Source of the DNA: a virus
Lineage: Duplodnaviria > Heunggongvirae > Uroviricota > Caudoviricetes
Length of the DNA stretch: 8,493 nt
Direction: 5' to 3' (one strand)
IMG/VR virus record: IMGVR_UViG_2703718808_000008
Location: 1 to 8,493 of that record
Position numbers and translations under genes: made by a program
Notes under the pieces: generated by a model
Databases searched by the model: none
Told to the model about the DNA's origin: nothing
The model's input: the letters and a program-made list of their open reading frames with translations, nothing else
Part shown: positions 1 through 5,444 of the stretch, in pieces
How the letters are laid out: every line of letters begins with the position of its first letter
How positions within the stretch are numbered: the stretch's first letter is position 1

Positions 1-354
1 TGCTGTTATATATAACTTATTTTGAATAACATATTGATTTAATTATATTTTCAATTAAGCCCGAAGTGCAAAAAAACTCAAAATAACTACACCAGTGACT
101 ACACCGTTCGGCGCACTGTATGAAACAACGTGGAACAAATAGGCACAAGAAATATAAAGGCGGGTAATTTTAAGGGGGCGTTGCTGTCGATATGGGGATT
201 CCCATATCGGGAACCCTACCGGAATTTTTTTCCGGTTAACAGTTAATCAGGCTGGTGGGCTTTACCTGTTCGGTAGGTGTTATGATTATCGTAATACCTT
301 TCCCTCAATGGGGTAAAAGCATCAACCGTAACGAAAGTCGTTATGGTTGCCGCC

Positions 355-467
355 GATACCCCAAATTTGGGTATCACGAGTAAGCCCCAAAATCTGGGTG
401 TTGCTCTTACTACCCAAACTACGGGTAGTTTCCGTAATTTCATGGTCGAGTTGCAGATCTGCAACTC
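355..467. other. Cluster of palindromic/hairpin motifs in non-coding DNA
   Basis: Three tandem units CCCAAA-N-GGGT at 355-375 (perfect 14-bp palindrome ACCCAAATTTGGGT), 385-400 and 411-427, then a perfect 20-bp palindrome GAGTTGCAGATCTGCAACTC at 448-467 with central GATC. Overlapping ORFs lack plausible RBS. Confidence 0.5.
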
Positions 468-505
468 CCCCATCAACCACAGGCGAATTTCCGCCTTCGG
501 TCATT

Positions 506-720
506 CCTTAATCATCTGCGTAATCATAATGATTATTCAGCCAGCGCAATTTTGCGCTTTGCTTTAAGTTCAACCAGTTACCGCCAGCTTCCCCCAATGG
601 GGGATTGTGGAATAATCAACGGTTTAGGCCTTAATCATCTGCGTAAACATAAGTAATCATAATGATCATTCAGCCAGCGCAATTTTGAGCTTTGCTTTAA
701 TCTCAGTGAGTTACCGCCGC
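506..720. repeat. Direct repeat, two copies of an ~85-95 bp unit (506-588 and 629-720)
   Basis: Both copies share CCTTAATCATCTGCGTA...ATCATAATGAT(T/C)ATTCAGCCAGCGCAATTTTG(C/A)GCTTTGCTTTAA...AGTTACCGCC; copy 2 has a ~10-bp insertion and includes the stop codon of the 711-992 ORF. Confidence 0.8.
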
Positions 721-992
721 AACCGTTCCGGCTTCTTCCAGTGGTACGTGATTTTCTCCTTCTCCCGATACATCTCCACGCGGCGACGGTATGCCAGCAA
801 CTCAAGGACTCTGGTTCGTATGTTGCGCATATCCACGCCGTTAAGCTCAATACCATCACGGCGCATCACCTCAGCAACAACACGCGCATAATTTTCAGCG
901 GTCACGCTGTCCGGTTGCGTGCCCTGTTCGTCATGCTGCTGGCTGATTCCGGTAACGCGGCGGATTAATCGCAGTAGTTCGGCTTCTGTCAT
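711..992 (-). CDS. Hypothetical protein, 93 aa
   Basis: ORF with G-rich SD (GATGGGGG) just upstream of ATG at 992; lies between cos and the direct repeats. No family recognised. Confidence 0.5.
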   Translation of the reverse strand: MTEAELLRLIRRVTGISQQHDEQGTQPDSVTAENYARVVAEVMRRDGIELNGVDMRNIRTRVLELLAYRRRVEMYREKEKITYHWKKPERLRR

Positions 993-1046
993 TGTGCCCC
1001 CATCGTTCTGATAGCCTGGTGTCGTCGGGTCCTTCCTGGAATTATG

Positions 1047-1140
1047 GCCCGTTACGGGGCGGCGACCTCGCGGTTTTTATCTGTTTATGAAAATTTTCCG
1101 GCAAAAGTCAGATCCGTTCTTCTTCTCTGTAACAGACTGT
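1047..1140 (+). other. Lambda-type cos site (cosN with 12-nt cohesive-end sequence at 1057-1068, plus cosB-like segment)
   Basis: 1051-1073 reads GTTACG GGGCGGCGACCT CGCGG, matching the recalled lambda right-end/left-end junction; downstream TTTATGAAAATTTTCCGG and CCGTTCTTCTTC match recalled lambda cosB-proximal sequence. Confidence 0.75.
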
Positions 1141-1218
1141 TTAACAATGAAAATATTAAAAAAAGAAAGGATCTGACACGAGGCATTTTAGCCAGAAAAT
1201 GCCATTATCAGATCCTTT
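1140..1218 (-). terminator. Intrinsic terminator downstream of TerS-like gene (nested hairpin, possibly bidirectional)
   Basis: Outer inverted repeat AAAGGATCTGA (1166-1176) / TCAGATCCTTT (1208-1218) enclosing inner GGCATTTT (1182-1189) / AAAATGCC (1196-1203); on the minus strand followed by CTTTTTTTAATATTTT. Confidence 0.6.
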
Positions 1219-1247
1219 CTCATTTTTGTTCAATAATTGCGCTTCTG

Positions 1248-1790
1248 TTACTTGCCTTTCTTCTGTAGCAACTTTTCCGGTACGTTTCCGGTTGTTTCTT
1301 TCAAGTAATCAGCCAGTATCTGTGGGAGGTTGTCGGCAACTCTGGCACTGGCATTACAGGCTTTAACCACTTCCCTTTTAAGCCTGTCCAGCATGGCGGG
1401 GGTAATCTGTGGGAAGCTCCTTTGCATAGTAAGCGGGAGGCTGTCCATGATTGATGAAATCTGACTCGCCAGCTTTGAAAGCGCGTACAGGCAAAACTCA
1501 GTATCAATCACGTCACCGCGATCGCGCTCGTTTTTAAGTTCCTGCGCCTCCGCCTGTGCTGTCAGTAATCTGATCCTGACTCGTAAGAGTTCATCATCAT
1601 CAATATCGCCTTTGTCGTTTGTAAGCTGGCTAATTGCATTGTTAACCCTATTGTCTATCACGCTGGCAACATCATAAAACGCCTCACGGCCTTTACGTTC
1701 AACGGGAGTCACTCCCCACTTGTCGAACGCTGTCGCACTTACACGGCAGCTTTTCGCCATGTTTTTTTTGTTCATCAGGTGCGATTTCAT
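1248..1790 (-). CDS. Terminase small subunit homologue, lambda Nu1-like (possibly a satellite packaging-redirection protein)
   Basis: 180-aa ORF collinear with recalled lambda Nu1: N-terminal DNA-binding region (MNKKN..., G-KG-E--YD-A-VI) and central block LTAQAEAQELKNERD...TEFCLYALSKLA...I-S-LPL--QR-FP. Start uncertain (1790 or 1775), no strong SD. Confidence 0.85.
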   Translation of the reverse strand: MKSHLMNKKNMAKSCRVSATAFDKWGVTPVERKGREAFYDVASVIDNRVNNAISQLTNDKGDIDDDELLRVRIRLLTAQAEAQELKNERDRGDVIDTEFCLYALSKLASQISSIMDSLPLTMQRSFPQITPAMLDRLKREVVKACNASARVADNLPQILADYLKETTGNVPEKLLQKKGK

Positions 1791-1913
1791 TAATACACCA
1801 ACTTAATTACTGCTTCAGGTTGGTGTATTGTTTGCATCTTTCCCTTTTCATTCATAAAGATAGAGCAAACAACAAAACCACCACCACCCCCCTGAAAAGG
1901 CTCATAAATAGCG

Positions 1914-1968
1914 AAAACGCGCGAGGTCGTCGCCCCGTAACGGGTCCATATGCCGGAAAGGACCCGTA
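1914..1968 (-). other. Second, degenerate cos-like sequence in inverted orientation upstream of the TerS-like gene
   Basis: Reverse complement reads GGGTCCTTTCCGGCATATGGACCCGTTACGGGGCGACGACCTCGCGCGTTTTCGCTATTTATGA, about 85 percent identical to 1024-1078 and matching recalled lambda GTTTTCGCTATTTATGA; two substitutions in the cohesive-end/cosN core. Confidence 0.55.
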
Positions 1969-1991
1969 AAAAAAGCCGGATTTCTCCGGCC
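1968..1991 (-). terminator. Intrinsic terminator after the capsid operon
   Basis: Minus strand reads GCCGGA-GAAA-TCCGGC followed by TTTTTTT, immediately after the stop of the 1996-2409 ORF. Confidence 0.7.
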
Positions 1992-1995
1992 TGTC

Positions 1996-2409
1996 TCAGA
2001 TGGTTTTCAGTATGCGATCGATGTCGCCGTCATCGCCCGGGTTTCTGCCATCGTATGCCATGCCAGCTGATACGGCTTGCGGGCTGTGCATGTCCATAAA
2101 GTTTTCAAAGGCTGCGGTAAGCTCCGGCGCAACCTTCGGACGTTCCTGCTCTATGGTCATGCTAAGGATGCTTTTAGCCGTACCAACATCGATACAAGGC
2201 ACGTTTGCCATTGCACGTAACAGCGGCTGATAGTCGCCAGATTCATCAAGCGCCATAATCGCATCAGCGCGCGGCTTGTCCTGCTCTTCCAGTTTGTTAA
2301 GTTGATATATGGCCTCGTAGGTTGATAACCCTCTGTCAGCCATTGCCCGCGCTTCGGCTTTAAATTTACTCGCCAGCGGTAGCGTCATGATGCTTTCATT
2401 CGTTGCCAT
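1996..2409 (-). CDS. Hypothetical protein, 137 aa, last gene of the capsid operon
   Basis: SD AGGGGGAA upstream of ATG at 2409; starts 13 bp after the decoration gene stop and is followed by a terminator. No family recognised. Confidence 0.7.
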   Translation of the reverse strand: MATNESIMTLPLASKFKAEARAMADRGLSTYEAIYQLNKLEEQDKPRADAIMALDESGDYQPLLRAMANVPCIDVGTAKSILSMTIEQERPKVAPELTAAFENFMDMHSPQAVSAGMAYDGRNPGDDGDIDRILKTI

Positions 2410-2421
2410 CGTTCCCCCTGC

Positions 2422-2757
2422 TTATCGGGCCAGCGGCTGAACGGATACGCCAGACCCCGCAAAGGCAGCGCATTTTTTCGCGTCAGTGTCGGCGCTCTCA
2501 GGCCAGTTTACGGCAGCGATATTAAATATCCCCGTCTTGTAACACTGTGCTGATTTCTGCGTCGACGTGTCCACGGGGTACGAAGTCAGATAAACAGCCT
2601 TGCCAGATTCCTGACCATCCCACGGCTTAAACTCGCCATTGTCCGCCAGCATCAGCGGGGTAAATTCCTGAATAACGCCAGCATCAGCGGCAAAATGTAC
2701 CAGCGTCGTGGCGACCTGCTGACTGCCTGCGAATAACTCAATGTATGGAGTGTCCAT
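2422..2757 (-). CDS. Head decoration protein, lambda gpD-like
   Basis: 111-aa ORF sharing blocks with recalled lambda gpD (TPLML, WDG, YK-G-F, WPE, KK-AFAG); SD GGGGGA; 11-bp gap after the capsid gene stop. Confidence 0.85.
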   Translation of the reverse strand: MDTPYIELFAGSQQVATTLVHFAADAGVIQEFTPLMLADNGEFKPWDGQESGKAVYLTSYPVDTSTQKSAQCYKTGIFNIAAVNWPESADTDAKKCAAFAGSGVSVQPLAR

Positions 2758-2768
2758 AGAATCCCCCG

Positions 2769-3824
2769 TTAACCAATTTTGACGGTAACAAATTTGCGAA
2801 TATCTGCCGGTACCGGCTGCGGTGCGCTGTGTGTCTGCACGTACTCAATCGCCGGATCGCCGTCCTCAATCCAGTTTTTCGGGTAGTACATGTTTTGCGT
2901 TGCGCCCGTTCTGACCGCTTCCTGATCCATAATCGCACCATAGGCCACCAGGCCTTTATTGTTGGTGTTACCCAGGACCAGTAAATCAGGCTCAAGGAAA
3001 TATTTTTCGGTGCCGTCGCTGTCAGCGTATTTGCCGGAATAGACGATAAGGGCAATATCGCCCAGATAGCCTTTAAAGCTCACCACTTCGCCCAGGTTTT
3101 TACAGGCCAGTTCTGCGGCGGATTCTGAACCACGGGAAAGATCGTACAGCTCACGGAATTTTTTAAAGCTGCGTAACGTGCGCCATACCTCAGCGCCCAT
3201 AATCATGACGTTTGCGGGGCAACCAGCCTGATCTGCATAAAGCTCGATGTCATAGATTGGGTCGTGCATCTCTTTATCCTGCTCGGACCATTTTTTACCC
3301 TTGGCCTGCTCTATGATGCAGTTTTCCGGTATTTTCCAGTCTATTTCATAGCGTTCTATGCCTTCGCCCTCAATAATGTTTTTTCCGGTCGTTATCGCAT
3401 TCACCGCCAGCCATTCCACGCGCGCTTTAATGGCGTTTACCTGGCGGCGCATGTTGCCAGTAATCAGGCGCATACGTCGGTAGGTAGGGTCGTTAAGCTG
3501 TGCCGGATCTTCTCCAGCCATGCGCATGATGGTTTTTGTTGGATCGATTTCGTGCTTTGGCTTCATGTAGCCAGGTTTAATCGTGCTGGTTTCGTATCCT
3601 TTATCGCGCTGTACCTGGCTGCCAACCATAGGCGAACAAAACGCCGACATGGTGACTTCTTCAATGTCCAGGGTATCCAGCATGATGTTTTGGGTGCTGA
3701 ATGTCGCCACGTTCGGGAAAAACAGCGTGGTAAACAGCGGACTGAATTTAAATTCCGCAATATCCCCGCGATTCAGGTACGCAAAAAGCTGGTTAGTGTT
3801 AAGTGCCGTTGCTTTGCCTGCCAT
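2769..3824 (-). CDS. Major capsid protein, lambda gpE-like
   Basis: 351-aa ORF sharing many collinear blocks with recalled lambda gpE (FKF-PLF-LFF, PGY-KPKHE, DP-YRR-R-I-NMR, RSFK, RGS-S, VS-KG-GD-A-VYSG-Y, VLGNT, YPKNW, GDPA); SD GGGGG; start overlaps upstream stop (TAATG). Confidence 0.92.
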   Translation of the reverse strand: MAGKATALNTNQLFAYLNRGDIAEFKFSPLFTTLFFPNVATFSTQNIMLDTLDIEEVTMSAFCSPMVGSQVQRDKGYETSTIKPGYMKPKHEIDPTKTIMRMAGEDPAQLNDPTYRRMRLITGNMRRQVNAIKARVEWLAVNAITTGKNIIEGEGIERYEIDWKIPENCIIEQAKGKKWSEQDKEMHDPIYDIELYADQAGCPANVMIMGAEVWRTLRSFKKFRELYDLSRGSESAAELACKNLGEVVSFKGYLGDIALIVYSGKYADSDGTEKYFLEPDLLVLGNTNNKGLVAYGAIMDQEAVRTGATQNMYYPKNWIEDGDPAIEYVQTHSAPQPVPADIRKFVTVKIG

Positions 3825-4030
3825 TATTCACCCCCATAATTTTTATGCATCCCAAGCGCCGCAAGTAAATAAGAGCGCACAAGTGAACCTATCGACGGCT
3901 CCGGCGTCATCAGCGGATCCAGTCCAGCCGCTACGCCAGCCTCATAGTTTTTTTTGTGGCGCTGCTTGAGCACCTCCACGATTTCGGGGCTTATGTACAC
4001 GGTCACCCCGCCTTTTTTCTCTTCTGCCAT
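3824..4030 (-). CDS. Hypothetical 68-aa protein, first gene of the capsid operon
   Basis: ATG at 4028-4030 (MAEEKK...) preceded by SD AGAGGAA; the track's earlier start at 4063 lies inside the operator palindrome. Stop coupled to the capsid gene start. No family recognised. Confidence 0.6.
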   Translation of the reverse strand: MAEEKKGGVTVYISPEIVEVLKQRHKKNYEAGVAAGLDPLMTPEPSIGSLVRSYLLAALGMHKNYGGE

Positions 4031-4060
4031 AGTCAGAAATTCCTCTTTGACTAAAAAAAT

Positions 4061-4114
4061 CATAACTGGATGTTCATCCAGTTATGATTATAATCATGAT
4101 TGCATTTTGTGCAA
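4061..4114 (-). promoter_or_regulatory. Putative sigma70-type promoter of the capsid operon with overlapping operator palindrome
   Basis: Minus-strand -35 TTGCAC (plus coords 4109-4114), 16-nt spacer, -10 TATAAT (4087-4092); perfect 12-2-12 inverted repeat CATAACTGGATG-TT-CATCCAGTTATG at 4061-4086 around the predicted start, and 14-bp palindrome ATGATTATAATCAT at 4085-4098. Confidence 0.4.
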
Positions 4115-4192
4115 TGATGTTGAGTTGTGTTGCAAATTATGAAATTATTATCCCGATCATGTGTGTCAGTGCACCAAAAAAACCTCATATGC

Positions 4193-4234
4193 AAAAGCCC
4201 GATAAGTTTCCTCTGACCTTATCGGGCTTTTTTA
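4193..4234 (+). terminator. Intrinsic terminator, likely bidirectional
   Basis: GCCCGATAAG (4197-4206) / CTTATCGGGC (4218-4227) stem flanked by AAAA upstream and TTTTTT downstream. Confidence 0.6.
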
Positions 4235-4408
4235 TCTGCCTGCAAAGATGTCGAACAAAAATTAACCACAACCATCATCTTTTTTGCATCAAAACAATTA
4301 AAAACAATAAATTACGCTCATGATGATGATGACGATAAAATCACAAAAATGCGCTTTTTTCCGCGCCGACCCGCCTCGTGGACAGGCCCCCCCGCCAGGA
4401 GTACCTAC

Positions 4409-4431
4409 AAAAAAGCCGGATTTTCTCCGGC
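4409..4431 (-). terminator. Intrinsic terminator after the SSB-like gene
   Basis: Minus strand reads GCCGGA-GAAAA-TCCGGC then TTTTTT, 8 bp after the SSB-like stop; near-identical to the terminator at 1968-1991. Confidence 0.7.
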
Positions 4432-4439
4432 CATGATGT

Positions 4440-4850
4440 TCAGAAAGGAATATTGTCACCGTAGGGGTCATCGCCTCCAGCTGGTGGCTGATTACCCTGT
4501 GTGCCTGTGGTTTTGCGTCTGTTCCCGCCAGGACGTGCCGCACGGGCACTGATTACGCTGTCTGCAATAACCTGATAACCCTGCCGCGTTTCCCCGTTCT
4601 GTCCGGTCCACTGGCTTATCTGCATCACGCCAGATATGCTGGCAACGTCGCCTTTTTGATGTTTAGCCAGGAAGTCGGCCTGCTTACCAAATGCCATCAC
4701 CGATAGCCATAACGTAGCCGTTCCGTCATCTGCCTGGCTGCACGGAAGGGGGACCGCCATACGCGCCAGCGTCATCGGTGTGCCCTTGCTGGTCTGTTTT
4801 ACCTGCGGGTCGTCCACCAGCCGCCCGTAAGCGGCTATCTGTGCTGTCAT
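4440..4850 (-). CDS. ssb: Single-stranded DNA-binding protein homologue
   Basis: 136-aa ORF with OB-fold-like blocks resembling recalled E. coli SSB (GRL-DDP-V, W--V--FGK, W-G), Gly/Pro-rich linker and C-terminal ...DNIPF resembling the SSB tip DDDIPF; SD GGAGAGGTGG; start overlaps upstream stop (ATGA). Confidence 0.75.
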   Translation of the reverse strand: MTAQIAAYGRLVDDPQVKQTSKGTPMTLARMAVPLPCSQADDGTATLWLSVMAFGKQADFLAKHQKGDVASISGVMQISQWTGQNGETRQGYQVIADSVISARAARPGGNRRKTTGTQGNQPPAGGDDPYGDNIPF

Positions 4851-5161
4851 GATTCCACCTCTCCGGTTTTAACGTTGATGGTTGTTACCTGTTCCGCTTC
4901 GGCAATCTCCCGTTCTGTCAGCGTGGCAAAGTTTGCCGCCGCTGTGGTCATGAATGCGCTTATCAGTTCGGGATGTTCCTTCGCGTATCCTTCCCGCGTG
5001 TGGCGGTCTATCGTTCTGATTGCCACCTTTAAGGTGTGCTCAGTCATGTCTAACGCTTTATATTTTGGCTCTGTTCTGTCTCTGCGAATTTTGGTCATTT
5101 GTCGCCCCTGATTCATGTTTTCGGCTGGCATGTTTGTTAAGTGATTTTGATGTATGCGCAT
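4847..5161 (-). CDS. Hypothetical protein, 104 aa
   Basis: Strong SD GAGGGGGTGA upstream of ATG at 5161; coupled to the SSB-like gene; directly downstream of the iteron region. No family recognised. Confidence 0.6.
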   Translation of the reverse strand: MRIHQNHLTNMPAENMNQGRQMTKIRRDRTEPKYKALDMTEHTLKVAIRTIDRHTREGYAKEHPELISAFMTTAAANFATLTEREIAEAEQVTTINVKTGEVES

Positions 5162-5208
5162 TTATTTTCACCCCCTCGTTTAAAAAGTTTTTAGTTGTGC
5201 CTCCCCCC

Positions 5209-5431
5209 CTCTACCCATCTACCCGAATGCTCATCATGTCAGTAATGGCGCGGCTTTCAGCGGGTAGATAGCTTTTTGGGCTCCTCTACCTGCCGTCTAC
5301 CCTGCTACCTGAAACTGATAAAATCAGGTAGAAGAGGTAGAGAGCTTTTATTAGCCTTCCACCTGGCCCTCTACCCACTTATCATGTTGAATAATATACG
5401 TTTATTTCATTCAGGTAGATGGGGTAGAGGG
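5209..5431. repeat. Iteron array, putative origin of replication
   Basis: At least 11 copies of (C)TCTACC(C/T) in both orientations (5209-5224, 5262-5269, 5283-5311, 5325-5344, 5366-5377, 5412-5430) with an AT-rich stretch at 5376-5411, directly downstream of the primase gene. Confidence 0.7.
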
Positions 5432-5444
5432 CTTTTACAAAAAA

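Noticed and set aside
243-567. Track ORFs 243..476 (-), 322..504 (-) and 343..567 (+)
   Set aside because: They overlap one another and the palindrome cluster, lack convincing RBS and have implausible composition; the region is better explained as structured non-coding DNA.
1044-1268. Track ORF 1044..1268 (+), 74 aa
   Set aside because: It spans cosN, cosB and the strong terminator hairpin; only the first 9 codons resemble a gene start (a truncated Nu1-like remnant).
3264-3839. Track ORF 3264..3839 (+), 191 aa
   Set aside because: Fully antisense to the well-supported gpE-like capsid gene; no RBS and odd composition.
4084-4323. Track ORF 4084..4323 (+), 79 aa
   Set aside because: Runs through the intrinsic terminator at 4193-4234 and the promoter/operator palindromes; hydrophobic, low-complexity translation.
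5209-5431. Possible CRISPR array
   Set aside because: The repeats are about 8 bp, irregularly spaced and in both orientations, which fits iterons and not CRISPR repeats; no cas genes.
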